From Paraspadella gotoi (taxonomy: Eukaryota > Animalia > Chaetognatha), in contig CM119270.1 in assembly GCA_051294375.1 (NCBI GenBank), forward strand, positions 19,943,160 through 20,007,159: a stretch of 64,000 nt of DNA, written 5' to 3'. The notes beneath the pieces were generated by a model. That model did not search any database and had not been told where the DNA came from. It worked only from the letters and a program-made list of their open reading frames with translations. Below are positions 1 to 17,301 of this stretch, piece after piece (the first letter of the stretch is position 1; each line of letters opens with the position of its first letter). A program made the translations under genes and the position numbers.

Positions 1-150
1 TGATCACGGAGAGAGGAAGAGGAGAGAGAGGAGAGAGAGAGAAGAAATTAAAATATGAGTCTTAGTTCCGGGTCGAGTTCACCTTAGCCCCCTGGCTCCC
101 CCACTGTCTCCGTCACATTGACGAATGTTATCCCCTCGTTTCATTGTCCA

Positions 151-181
<31 letters not shown>

Positions 182-615
182 CTCTCTTCTCTCTCTCTCT
201 CTCTCTCTGTCTCTCTTGTTTGATAATCTTCGTTTTGATTCTGGTGATTGTTAAATATCCTCTTTCATAACTCTCTCTTCCCACGGATTACAAATTATTA
301 TGGCCCCTAGTCTCCGATCTTCTATTTTTTGTTTCTCTTTTCCTTCATTTTTTTCCCTTCCTTTCCTCCCTCTATCTCCTCTCATTTTCTCCCTCCACCT
401 CCTCTTCTTTCCTCCCTCCATCTCCTCTTCTTTCCTCCCTCCATCTCCTCTTCTTTCCTCCCTCCATCTCCTCTCCTTTCCTCCCTCCATCTTTCCTTTG
501 CTCATCTGCTCATCGCCGTCGTGTTGCCCATAATTCTAACCTTCGTAAATATTTAGTCCCGCGTGTGTTATGGTGCAATCGTGTTTCGCTGTATATTTTG
601 ACACTTTTCAAATCC

Positions 616-962
616 TTTTTAGTTGCGCCGCGAGTACTCAGTCGGTCTGTCGATCGTTCGGTCGGTCCCTCGGTTTGTCTATCCGTCAGTCTGTCCCACT
701 TACGTTGAAAATGCATGTAATTTGCCATTAGTTGGTTGCTCATTTGTTTAGACAGAAAAAAACTCAAATCTATGGGACTTCTAGCGCCGCCTTTAGGAAT
801 TCCTAAAACTAAAGAATAAAAGACAGAGTTTTGATGCAGTGCAAAATACACGGGCAAAAAACTTTTTTACTCATGTCATGTCATGTCCTATCATTAACGG
901 AAAATACACAAGAAAATAAAGTTACAGCGGCGCAACACATTGGAATTACCGTTCTTGTTTTT
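616..962 (+). mobile_element. Non-autonomous Helentron-associated (HINE/DINE-1-like) short element
   Basis: Sits in T-runs. Subterminal inverted repeats GTTGCGCCGC (622-631) / GCGGCGCAAC (927-936), an internal GTCY-type microsatellite (641-695), a (CATGT)n tract and a 3' end CTTGT+T-run. Related copies at ~6300-6550 (+) and ~30485-30690 (-). Confidence 0.6.
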
Positions 963-974
963 TTTAACCTCATC

Positions 975-1167
975 AATTTTCCTCTTTCTTTCCTTTCTTT
1001 CTTTCTTTTCTTTTTTTCTTTCTTTCTTTCTTTCTTTTTTTCCTTCTTTCTTTTTTCTTGCTTTCTCATTTCTTTCTTTCTTTCTTTTTTTCCTTTTTTC
1101 TTTTTTCTTTCTTTCTCACTTGTTTCTTTCTTTCTTTCTTTCTATCTTTTTTTCTTTCTTTCTTTTT

Positions 1168-1242
<75 letters not shown>

Positions 1243-1460
1243 CATTTCTTTCTTTCTTTCTCTTTTTCCTTCTACTTGTCTTTCTTTCCATTTTTATTTT
1301 GTCATTCTCCTCCTTGTTTTCTCTTTTTCCTCTTTTTCCAAGTCTTATTTAATCTCCCTCCCTCCTTTTCTTTTTCCTATCTATTTTACCTTCCCACTTC
1401 TCTTCCTTCCCTCCTTCTCTTTCCTCCTATATCCCCTTCCACTTCTCTTTCTTTCCNNNN
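975..1460. repeat. (TTTC)n microsatellite / pyrimidine low-complexity tract
   Basis: Directly visible; explains the FLSF-rich ORFs at 831-1522. Confidence 0.95.
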
Positions 1461-1588
1461 NNNNNNNNNNNNNNNNNNNNNCCCTTCCCCTCCCCTCTAA
1501 TCCAAACTTATTCCCTCCATAGTTTTCTCTTAGCGTTTTTATGGCTTTTTCCTCCTCTCTCTTCTCTCTTCTCCTTCTCTCTCATCCT

Positions 1589-1622
<34 letters not shown>

Positions 1623-1659
1623 CTTCTCTCTCTTCTCTCCGCCCAGAATCCAATCCCTT

Positions 1660-4600
1660 TTTCGATATCCTTCTCCTTTAGCGCCTCAAGGACTGCGGCT
1701 CACTCGACATCTATCGACAAGCTCAACATGGCCCAAACAATATACCTTATTAGCAATACTGGCAATGAACACCACCACCTCCATCACGCTACAACTACAA
1801 ACACCTTTCTTTATGCGCCATGGTTATGAAGCAAACATTCCTTTTGAACCAAATCCACATTCTTTAATCACCTTCACACAAACCAAAAACAACTCTGTAA
1901 GGCAATACATGAAAATATAATTCAACAGTGTTCAACTCTACTTTAAAAACTATCGAAAATTTGAAATGGACTTAGGCGCTAAAAGAGGAAACAAAAACCA
2001 CTCAATGAATCATGACAACTATATGTGAAATACTCAATACTTTATAAATGAAGAGAAAGAATAAAGTCTTGGAATTTTCCAACACTCGGATTTTTACATT
2101 GACTAAAGCTCCACTCTCCTAACTGGAGTGGGACTCCATCTTGTACCATTGTGTTTAAAACTAAAGAAAGATTGGATGGAGAAAACCAACAGTGAACTAC
2201 AAGTGTGGAAAGTCGATCTGGAAATTTCCACTAAACATCATAATCAACCTAAAACTTTGTAAGTACCATACTAAAGTCGTTCACCACCTACGATATAATA
2301 CTCTTCTACCATCAAGACCATCTTTAAGGAAGACAAACACAAAACGTTATTCAACCATCTTTACCTGATGTGGGGATGGACAAGATCTAATCAAGTAAGG
2401 CTTTCTCTCTTATGCTTGCTCTTATCCTTTGAACTACATATTCTCTAAGTAAACACATCATAACCTCCTGCTTAACATACACTCACTCATCAACACTTGA
2501 TCTTCAACCTCCCGATTCCACCAGCAATCACCTTTCCAATCTCCCACAGGTGTCTCCACCTTTACAATCTGAAACAAATCATCAATTGTAATTCCCGAAC
2601 CGGTACCTCCCTACTGGAGAATTTCTCGATATGACCTTGAGACTCCTGTTCCCAAGCGCTCGCTACTATAAAGCGTGCCTCAAATAGATCTTCTTTCATA
2701 ATAATAATTGGTAACTCTTTTAAAAAAATAGAAACCTCTTTATAGGAATCGAGAGAAAACCTCTCGTGATAATTTTAGAGTGAAAAAAGAAAACCTATAA
2801 CATAAAGTTATAAATTCTTTCACACTCAACACAAGATCTCTTAAATACTATAAGATTTCTAAGCTAAGTATGCACAATATTATATCATTTCTCTGCTAAA
2901 TTAAGTATATATGAATTACTAAGTGGATGATGAGAATTACTCGGTATATGATTTGTATTAAAAAGACCTTCTGAGAAGCCGATCTCTAGAAAGAATGAAA
3001 GATCCATCTGTTCAATGTTTAACTTGAGTAGTGAGTAGTAGTTTTACTCCTGGTCTTGCTCGGGTTTTTCTCTCAATGACTCCTCTATTATATGACCCAG
3101 TACACAATTCGTATACTATTTCTCTAAGTTCATTCATGGCTTATATAGATAGAGAGCCAGACGCTAAGTACTCCGGACCAAAATAAATATTATTTAATCT
3201 TCTATTATTTATTATTAAATTTTTTTTTTTTCTTCCCTCACACTGTCTTAATTAAACCTTTTTACCCCTTATGTTTTTATTCTCATATTTGTCTAGGGAA
3301 CCGCTTTTTCAGACGCGGAAAATGTCAGAACGAGGAGATAACAAATGATCATGATTAGTCTCATTGAATAATCCTGAGTCCGCGTAAGTACGATATAAAT
3401 AGCTCTGCCCATCTTACTCTGAAGCGTCGTTGAGTAATGTTCTCCTCGTGTGAATCAAGGCTCGCGAAGTGTGAGAAAAGAAAAGAAAAGTTAGTTCATG
3501 GGAAAAGAACAATATGAAGATAACTACGCAAGAAAAGCGAGGTGAACCGAGATATTATTCTTGGGACGAAAAGAAATACCCGTACTTGTAAAAAGAAAGG
3601 CATCGGAAATAATAATCAGCGTATTTAATTTGAACATGAGAGAAATACAAGATATAACCAATATTACTCATAATAAGATCCAATATGTTATCTTTAAGAG
3701 GAAATTGATATAAGATATAAATTATTCGCGTAGACTGATAAAATCTTCGAAGGATAATATAAAACCAAAAAACTCTAGTAATTGGAATAGGACACTGAAT
3801 GTGAGTAAAGAAAGGCTTATAAAAGTAAAATGGTTGAATATTAAACAAGTTTGCCGTGATCCAGATGGGGACTTACTGCCACTCACAAAGAAGGATAACC
3901 AGCCTACTTATTCAGTCATTGCAACATAATCGAATACTTTCTCATGCTTTAATCAACTCATGCGTAAGTAAAAAAATATCAATATAAAATTACCAATGAA
4001 TACGTGTCTATAAAACCCTCATACAAAATGTACTACCTCCTCCTTACTCATTTCAATCTGCCGTTAGAGACTCACCACCGAATATATCTCGTTCCACTGC
4101 CGCCAATTGCAGAGGGAGACATTACTAGGGAAATAGAAGAAAAATTTGTGCTCTACCCTGACTCCATGCGCTCTCATTGACCTTTCTCGTTTCCTTTAAA
4201 AATACTTTTTCTTAGACCAGATACTCTCCCTGTTCTCCAGTGCTCTGAAACCTCTCCTCGTGTTCGTGGTTCCTATCTAAAAGAGATAATTCTTTGCTCG
4301 CGTATTCTCGATTCTAAGGTATAACTGCCTTCTATCGCAGACTCGCCTGCAGTTTTGTCAAACCTATAAAAAATTGTAAATAAACGATAAACGTGAATAC
4401 ACCTTGTCAGATCTGGAACAGTGAATTCCTTATGAGGAAGGCGGGCGAGGAGGATTTGTCTGAAGAGATGAAGCGAATACCCGCTCAAAGACTCTTTGGC
4501 TTAACATCTTTTTTAATATTTCCTTCGGATTTGATCTTGACCTTAGGAAATACGCCACTCAGAAGATATCGATTTTTGATTGTGCTCATATAATTCTCAA

Positions 4601-6100
4601 TTGTAGGAAGTCGATAAAAATTATCGTTTTTTTAGGTGTGTGAGCGCGGTTATTGTATATACATCAAAAGTGCATTTGCTCACTCTTGAGATAAACATAT
4701 TGAGTTCACTCTAGACTTTGATAAATGACTATAAGTTTCTTTGCCCAGGGAACATCACAACGAACAGAATGCAAAGATCCCCTCCCCAGAAAAGATAATA
4801 GACCTGTTCAGAACATTTACTAGAAGACAAACACACAGAGAGTTACCTCGAGTGTGTGACAACTCAAAATCAGTGACCATCGGGGTATTATAGTGACTGG
4901 TGACGAACTGACTCAAATAAAATTTTCCTCAGATTACTCAGTTTACGCCCCTTTTTTCCTTCGGCCGCTCATTTTTCTGCGGGAACAAATGAGAAAAATT
5001 AATTTCCTCCTTCACAGAACGGGCTCAGAAGGTAGGATAACAATTGTTCTCTTCGACTGAGGGAAACCTGCAGCCTCTTTGAAGATAAGACCCAAGAAGT
5101 TGGCGACTTATTCCCCTCGATCCCCCAAAAGAAGGTTAACTGGGTCTTCCGTCCAAACTTACTATAATCGAGGGTTCAATAGACGATTTGCCAAATGCAC
5201 AGAAGATAGTTAACAATAAAGGAACAAAATGAAGAAACAGAAGAAAGTGATTTATTATTTAGAGTCTAAATAATTAAAAATTAGTAAGAATCCAATAATG
5301 AAGATTTTCAAGTAACGCTAAATAGCACTTTGATTTAAGATTGTTGAGAACTTCATTCGTTTATAGTCAAACAGGGATTTTCGCTCAAGATCTTAAAAAT
5401 TGATCACAAGACTCCGAGTTTAGAAGAATCGCACATAAGCCGAAAAATTGGCCTAAATGCAGCACCAGGATGACTGGAAGATACTTTTTGCTCTGGAACT
5501 GGTAGGGAAATCAAAACATTGACTGATGATCCTCTTTACTTATTTTTACAAGTAGCAATTTCCTTTCACAAATTAAAAATCAGAATTTCTTATTTTAACA
5601 TCTCTTAATCATAAGCCCAAATTTTAACAAAGTGATCTTAAAATCAGAAAACCTTTTCCAATAATATTTTACTTTTCGCGAATTTATTTCAAGACGATCA
5701 AACTTTAAGGAAAAACTTAATATTAATCAACACCTCTTGTCTTATTTTCTTGCCTTTTAGCCATCCCTTTTTTCTTTCCAATGCTTCCACTCACAATTAT
5801 TAATCTCTCTTTCATTATCCGATAAAATTATTTCCATAATACATTCTCTTCTCCAAACCCATAATTCTTACCAATCCCAACTTTTTCTCACTACATCAAT
5901 GGCATACTTTCAACAACATTATAAAAATTTTTTAAAAAATATTTTAAATTGAGAATATTTGTAAAAAAGCAATTATATCGTAAGCTTTTCGGAATAATAT
6001 GTCCTTTATTGATAACCTTTACAAATAATTCATTATTGTGATTCAAACTGGACTCAAGTATGCTACTTAAGTTTTATTTCTTAAGCAGCATATTTTCCTA
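1660..6100 (+). mobile_element. Highly decayed or noisy non-LTR retrotransposon (APE-RT, L1/Tx1-like) fragments
   Basis: Short + strand motifs in changing frames: IDLF (4798-4809) then ISDHRGIIV (4869-4895; APE endonuclease RID...SDH), NAAPG (5456-5470; pre-RT APGxDG), ILTK (~5621-5632; RT YKILTK). A GLxDI-like remnant lies near 1690-1730. No continuous ORF. Confidence 0.4.
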
Positions 6101-6299
6101 TAATGATAATTTTATTATTCAAAACTTATTAAATCTACTACTCTGAAGCGCTTCACATTTGCGCTTGTAAAGTACGACGACAAATCGAACCTAGACACAC
6201 CCTTTTAAAAAACATTCATTCAATATTTATTAAATGATAAAGCAATATAAAAGTAAATTGATATAGCTACATACTATAAATACCTTAAATTTATATAAT

Positions 6300-6555
6300 A
6301 TACTCTATAAGTCACTTTTCGGTCAGTCTGTCGGTCAATCTGTCGGTCCGTCCGTAAGTCTGTCCTTCGATTCTAAGGAACTGCTAGGGCCGCTTTTAGG
6401 AATTACTAAAACTATAAGAAGGAATTTTAATGCAATGCATATGATAAAGTTTTTTAGTCATGTCATGTCATGTCATATCATGTGATAAAAGAGAAATACA
6501 TGTGAAAATAAAGTCATTGCGGCGCAACACATTGGAATTACCATTCTTTTTTTTC
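6300..6555 (+). mobile_element. Second (5'-truncated) copy of the HINE/DINE-1-like element
   Basis: GTCY repeats, TTTAGGAATT, (CATGT)n and GCGGCGCAACACATTGGAATTACC shared with 616-962. Confidence 0.6.
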
Positions 6556-6785
6556 TTTCCTTTGCACATTCACTCTCCCACCCTTGCCAAAGAACATCTG
6601 CAACTCACTCCTCCTTCTCCTCCTCCTCCTCTTCCTCCTCCTCCTCATGGCCACAGGGGAAAACCTTCTTGTTTCTTCTCAAATTTTTAAGTGTTTACTT
6701 TTTTTTTCCGTTTCGTCCGTCGAAGCGGAACAGACGCTCAAGTCTCAAACCTTTGAACAATTTTATAATATCTTTAACATATACA

Positions 6786-10044
<3,259 letters not shown>

Positions 10045-10230
10045 TCATCTATTCCCTTCTCTCCTTTTACTTTTCCCTTCCCTCAGGACTTTTATCTCAT
10101 TAGCTCATTCTCATTTTACTTTTTCTTATTCTTTCTTTACCTTTATGATACGTCAATATTATTATTTATAATTATTTTTTATCACTTTTTTGCTTCTGTC
10201 ATTTCTCTTTGCTTCTCTGTCAATCTTTTA

Positions 10231-10363
<133 letters not shown>

Positions 10364-12007
10364 CGATTATGCAAGGACGACGACGATGACTTTAACAACA
10401 ACGACGACGACGATGACGACGACGACAACGCCAACAATGCGCTGACAAAACGATCACCACTTGGTTCCCAGATCGAAGCGACTTTCTTTATGAGACAGAG
10501 TCACCTGCCTCGTCTATCTCTCTGTCTCTCTCGCTCTCTGTCTGAAGAGAAATCGCCTTGTGATCCGTGAACTTTTTAGTGACTTTTGCTACTATTTATG
10601 TCACGTCTGCTACGTCTTGTGTCACGAAGAAAATACAAGTTTTCCCGTTTTTGAACTCGTCTTATCGATTTCTTAAGAAATAGTCAAGACTCTCGTCAGA
10701 ACCCCTTTCTCGACGGACGACCTCCTTGAACAAGATCCGCAAAGAGTGGAGACTCAAAACTTCTCTACACTCTCTCTCTCTATTTAAACTCTTTATCTCT
10801 GTCTCTGTCTCTCTCTTGTGAGCGAACTAAAATCTATGTAATTTTCTTGATGCTTGGAATTTTAAACCAATTTTTCCGGCGAAAAACATCATACAACAGA
10901 AACGTTAATTATTAATTATTATTTATATTAATTATTATTAATTAACTATTATTAATTTTTTTGCGACTCCACAAACGAACAAAATTACATCCGCAACAGT
11001 TTGTAAAAAAAACATACAATTTAATTTTATCAAATTTCTTTCAAGATGAAAGACAAAAAAAAACCAAAAAAAAGTTTGTGCGAAGTTTGTTGTTTTTTGT
11101 TTATTATCGAGATTTAAAACTTCATCAATTAACGCACACTAGTATAACTCAATGAAAAGAGGAATGCTACAAACTAACTAATATCGTTTGGCCCATCAGT
11201 TTGACGGACCGGATTTTTTTAGTTGCGGCTCTTTGTTCTCCTTCTCTTCTTCTCTCGCCAAATGTGATCGATAATCAGAAAAAGAACAATGGCTTTCTTC
11301 GGTCGCCGTTCGTTCGCCTTCTCTTTGATTCCTATAAACGAATAAAAAAAAAAACACAGAATCATGGAAGCCTTAATTTCTGAAACCTGCTGCTTTTAGA
11401 TATTTGGACTCAAAAATATTTTCAGTTCCTTTTCTCCCGATTTACTTCGCTCCTCATGATTGAAATCGATACAACCAATATAGTGAAAATGATCAATTCG
11501 TTNNNNNNNNNNNNNNNNNNNNNNNNNAATAAAAAATCTTTAAAAAGCATTAAGGAATCGCAAGCCGTAACTTTTGGATTGATAACCAAATATTTTGATC
11601 CAGCATTGATAACCAAATATTTGAGCGATGATATAACCACATAATTGATGCGATGATAACCAAAAAAATTAAACTGATAGTGATGATGAATCAAAATGAT
11701 GATGCGATGATAGTCATTCATTGATGTGCATGATAACATTCATTGACAGAATTGATAATCATTCATATGGATGCGGGATGATAGCCTCATTCATTGACCG
11801 CGTGAAATCCATTCATCGTAAAAAAACAACCAAAACAAATGCTGTGTATGAATGAAAGAGAGAGAGAGAGAAAGAGACGCAGAGGTGAAGACGAGAGAGA
11901 GAGAGAGAGAGGGAACAAGGAAGGGAGAAAAAGAGGGCATAGCAGTCAGTTTTCACTCTCGCGTTAATATATAAAAGAATAATCAGAACTTTTTTAGAAA
12001 AGACAAA

Positions 12008-15000
12008 TTCCACTAAAATCTCGAATGTTCAATTTGGTATTTTTGTATTGAAGGAAAAAAAGCGCGCCGCAATAAATGGCGGCAATTAAAATATGAAAGA
12101 AATAGCAGAGAGCAAGAGAGAAGGACGAAGACGAGCAGATGAGAGAGAGAGAGAGGAGCGACGAAGAATCGAGAGCCACGACTGTAGCAAGAGCAAACGA
12201 GAAGACAGAGGAGAGAGACCGAGCAGAGACCACAACGATAGAGAGAAAGCTGGACCGGCCGCTTGCACAGCTTGAACTTCGTTTTTCGACGTTATCTGGA
12301 AAGTACTAGGCGACGAACTCTTTTCACTTTCCTAATATTTATTTTTACCTTTATCAAAGAAAAAACTTTAATGATCCTGCATCTTAAATTAAAAGTTTTA
12401 ATCTTGAATGAATTTTTAGATTGTTTTTTTTTTTTAAGAAAGAACAGACCCGGGAGGTCAAGATTTCATATTTGCCGACTATTTAACTTAATTTTATTAA
12501 ATATATCATCCCAACTCAAATAATTATTGATTTTTAAAGAAAGGATTAAGAAGAATGCGATTTAAATCTTTAAATACAGTCTAAGAAAAAAAATTGTTTA
12601 CAAATTTAGACAAGTTTAGAAAATTACTTAGAACAATAAACATCAAAAAAACCAAGTTAAGTGTTTCTCAAATTCTGACTACCTAGCATTCTAGACTCGA
12701 TATCACCTACAACTTCTGCAGACGCGAGGGGCGGCGCGGCGCCGACGCAGCGTCCCAAACGGTCCTACCAGCCGACTTCAAGTCAACAGCACAACTAACC
12801 AGCAAAACAAAAACGTGGGTCGTTATGTGATATTTTAAGAAGAACCCTCAATTACATGCTCATCGCCAATCCTGCAATATTAAACATTAACTTCCCGTCG
12901 GCACAGCATTGGCTCCGGGGATCCACGCCTATAAGCAGCCAGCGTGAAGTACATGGTGACACGAACATTTGTGCTCGCATGCTGTATTAACGTCTATTTG
13001 CTTACCTGTTTATTTTAAAACTGGAATCCTACGAAGAGCATCCTCACGGGATGTAACATTTGAGCGCGATTTATCGTATCCTCTGCAGGACCAGAAATCA
13101 CCGCCAACAACTATACTACCGCCAACCTCTACATGAGATTGGCACGAATACATAAAGTTTATCTCTCTCTCTTTTAATTATTAGAATAACAAAAAAAGTA
13201 ATGTTTAATTTGACTCCTATTTTAGATATAATTTGCCAACAGTGGGCCGACCGGTCCAAAGTTACAGTAATAAACAAAAACAAAAAAAATTTTTTTTTTT
13301 AGAAAATTATACATGCAATTAAATTAATCCGTGGAATTGCCGGACATATAGCAAGCTGATGTACATGTGACATTGCCTGCATTATAAGTTATTTTTCCTT
13401 TTATTTAAAATGGATCCACGAAAATCTCGGATGTAAATTTGGGATTTTGTATTGAGAAAAAAAAATAAATGGCGATAATAAAAGTTTTTAGAAGGAAAAA
13501 AATAATAAGAATTTTTCAAAAAACGAACGATAGTACATAGGGCAGTGATTTCTATTCGGGTATTTTCAACAATAAAATTGAAACTTATATAAATATTATT
13601 TCTTTTGTTTCCACTGATTAATATAAAACACGCTTTATTTAAAAAAACGGTTGGTTATAGTTATTTTCTCCTTATAACATCAAACTCACTGGGTGAATTT
13701 CTATGCTTTCAAAATACGGTAAGACATAATTTCTTTTACCTTAATCATTCTAATTATGGTATCTGCCCTAATTAAGATGAAATTAAAACGATTTTTCATG
13801 GTAAGGGCAACTTTTAAAGATTAAAGTGCTCGTCAGATCTATCTATATACTAAAGCTTAGGCAAAAAAACGGCACGCTATATTTTAAAACTTTTTTCCAC
13901 TATTTTTTTCTCTCTTGAACCTTCTCTCTGTCCCTCTCTTTTTCTCTCTTTCTCTGTCTTTCTCTCCCTTTCTCCGACTTTTCTGACCTCATATTTCTCT
14001 GTGTCATCCCTTCTTTTCTTCCTTTACATTTATTTCTCTTCCTCTCTATCTCTGCTTTTCTCTCCCTCTCTGATTCTCTTTCTTCTCTCTTTCTTATCTT
14101 TTCTTTTCTCTTAATTGTTTTCGTTCTCCCCCTTCTCACCATATATTAATTTCTTTTCACTCTTTCTCTCTATCCCTGCAACTTTTTTTTCACCCATGCT
14201 CTCTCTTCTGTTCTCTTTTTCTCAGTCTCACTCATTTTTTGTATTTATATCATACTGGATGTATAAAAATCTTTAAAATGTATTGTAAGAAAAAAAATAT
14301 TAGGTAGCGTATGATTTTATTCAAAGTTTGGTTGCCTAGCAGATATAAAAAATCGACAGATTTTTGCGGAAATTTTTTCCGCAAAAACCTGTCGATTGAG
14401 AGGAAAAAAATTACTGACGCTTTCCATTACATTAAAAGAATGCGGTTTTTTTTAATTCATTAACCTTAGTATATTTCTCATCTATTAAAACTATAAAATA
14501 AGTCAAAAACTGAGTTTTAGTTCAAATAAAACGCACCTCACAATTCCTCACAAATTAAAAGTTGACTTAAAAATTTAATTGCTGCAAAACTATTAAATTT
14601 TTTGCCCTAATTTTTTAGGTACCAGAAACACCGTTGCAAGGGAATATTTGATTAGATTTGTGGACATTTTGAAGTATTTTCGTTTAACAAATTGTAATGA
14701 AATGTAAAAATGTAAATTTTTGACTAGTCAATTTAAAAATTAATTCTTAGGCAAACAATGGATAACCAATGGAAAATGAACCAACTCAGTGGTAAAGAAG
14801 ATAAGAAGTACCCGAAATCCGGAGTAAACAAATTTTCTTCTATGATTTTGACGTTCAAATCTCAAGAAGAAAGTCAAAATGGACAAAAATGGACATAATT
14901 ATTTTTATTAAAAGTAGCAAAAATTATATCGATTCTTGATTAGAAAATGCAGCAGATGATTTTAATTAATCCGTAGTCCAGCCCACTTTGTCTTAGGGTT

Positions 15001-15088
15001 CAAATTTAATCAATTCTGTTGATAATATTCTAGCAATATTGCAAAAAGTGTTTTTTTTGCTGAATCCCTCGATAGAAATCACTGCCAT

Positions 15089-15120
<32 letters not shown>

Positions 15121-15196
15121 GGAGAGAGCGCCGAGTGACGGTGATGAAAAAAAAGTGACTAAAAAGATTATTTTTGTACAAAAAAAAGAGATAGAA

Positions 15197-15256
<60 letters not shown>

Positions 15257-15590
15257 TTTTCCCGCCAACGATACGCAAATATTACGGTCACTCTTCGTTT
15301 ATATCGGCGTGATCTGCGGTCAAGTTGATTTTTTTTATACACGTAACGTTTCCGTTGCCATCAAGGTCATGTTTCCTCGACATTGTTTACTCGTTGCCCT
15401 GCAACGGCCACGAAAATCCAGGTCAAGTAAGATATTTCTTCATATTTTTTCTCCAAAAAATCCACGAAAATCTCAGATGTAAATTTGGGATTTTGGTATT
15501 GAGAAAGAAGCGCGCGAATAAATGGCGATAATAAAAGTTTTTAGAAGGAAAAAAATAATCAGAATTTTTAAAAAAACGAACGATCATGCA
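12008..15590 (+). repeat. Three local copies of a ~100-130 bp repeat (~12008-12090, ~13410-13530, ~15455-15590)
   Basis: Shared core TCCACGAAAATCTC..ATGTAAATTTGGGATTTTG.TATTGAGAAA...AATAAATGGCGATAATAAAAG. Confidence 0.8.
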
Positions 15591-16557
15591 GAGATCGTAC
15601 AGAGAGAGACAGACGCACACAGAGAGCGACTGAGAGAGGCTGAGAGAGACCTGAACTCGTTTTTTAACGATTCAGAAAAGGCAGCGCCTGAAAAAAAATA
15701 TATATAAATATATAATAAAAATAAATAAAAGAAAGGCAAAAAATGTTACAATGGTTTACAATTGAAATTTTTCCAATTTTTTCCAATCGCAGCTTGTAAA
15801 AGATTTTATTTTTATTTGTATTAAAATTAAGATATAGCTTCTCATTAAAAAAATTTCCTTTGAGTTCCCATTTTTTATTAGAAATTTAAAAAAAATTTTT
15901 GAATTTCATCTTCAATATTATATACTGCAATATGTAAATTAGATTAAAGCATTTTCTATATACTAATTTGGATATTATAATGAGTGACTATAATCTCATT
16001 TTCATATTGCAGTAATCATAATGAAGTGGGAAATTCAAACAAAAAATACTTAATTCCAAATGTAATAAGAAAATATCAAAGCTATTTCAAATAGAAGCCA
16101 TATCTAAATTTTTTAACTTACTATGATTGCACACTTTTGTAAAACTTTATCCTAATTCATAATAATTTTTATTTAAAAAAAAAAACTGTAAGTCACAGCC
16201 AAACCTATAAAAGCGTAGTAGTTTTTATATAACAAAAACAGCGTGACGGACGACGACGACGACGACGACTACTCACAAAGAAGCAACCCTAAAACATTAT
16301 AGAGCCTGACCCGGCTTCGCCGGTCAAGGCTCGATAATAAGCTACATATATCTTGCTCAGGACTTTGAACAGGCTACGGTGGGTTACCATAGCTGGACCC
16401 TGCAAGTTTTTAATCAAAACTCTCTCAGTCTCGTTTATCAACGCCTTGTAGTCTCGTAGTCATCGATGTTCTGAGACGGCCTCACCTTTCTCGTTTATCG
16501 CGCTCATTGACTAATGATCAATTAAAATTTTAACTTCTCATCTAAAAATTTGAAATA

Positions 16558-17132
16558 ATGAAAAAAACTAAGAAAATGAGGGAAAAAGAAAAATCTTTTA
16601 AATGCCTATGGTGCAACAAATACTTTTCAAATCAAAGCTCGTTAAAGCCTCATTATTTGACTCACACTGGAGAAAAACTATTCAAATGCGAAACATGCGG
16701 AAAACGTTTTTTACAAATAAGTACCTTGAAAAATCACATTTTGACTCACACAGGAAAGAAACCATTTAATTGTGAACAGTGTGGTAAACGATTTTCTCAG
16801 AGAACTGCGTTGAACAACCACGTATTCACTCATACTGGTGAAAAAAAAAAAAAAAAAAATTCAAATGCGAATTTTGTGGGAAATGTTTTTGCCAAAAAAC
16901 TAATTTAAAAAATCACATTTACACTCATACCGGAGAAAAACTTTTTAAATGCGAAATATGCTACCGAAGTTTTTTACAGAAATCACACGTGCAAAAACAT
17001 GGTCTGATACATAGTGGGGAAAAACCATTTAAATGCAAAATGTGTTATAAAAGTTTCACACAGAAAGTCTCTTTGAAACGTCATATTTCAACTCATATTG
17101 AAGAAAAATTATTCGTGTGCAAGCTGGTGTAA
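16558..17132 (+). CDS. C2H2 (Kruppel-type) zinc-finger protein, 6 fingers, frameshifted at a 19-A run
   Basis: Fingers 1-3 lie in ORF 16558-16908 with HTGEK linkers. After the A-run (16841-16859) another frame reads FKCEFCGKCFCQKTNLKNHIYTHTGEKLFKCEICYRSFLQKSHVQKHGLIHSGEKPFKCKMCYKSFTQKVSLKRHISTHIEEKLFVCKLV* (TAA 17130-17132). Confidence 0.9.
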
Positions 17133-17178
17133 AAACACATTGAAAAATATTACTTTGTTGGCTGACTTTACCGCCTTT

Positions 17179-17236
<58 letters not shown>

Positions 17237-17301
17237 GCTCTCTCTCTTTATTTTTTTCCTCTTTAAAAGTTAGTATCTAAATTCACACATTGTTAAAACC
17301 C

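Noticed and set aside
10655-10702. Minus-strand CTGACGA...GAAATCGATA hammerhead-like motif
   Set aside because: No stem II closing pair next to GAAA; stem I is weak.
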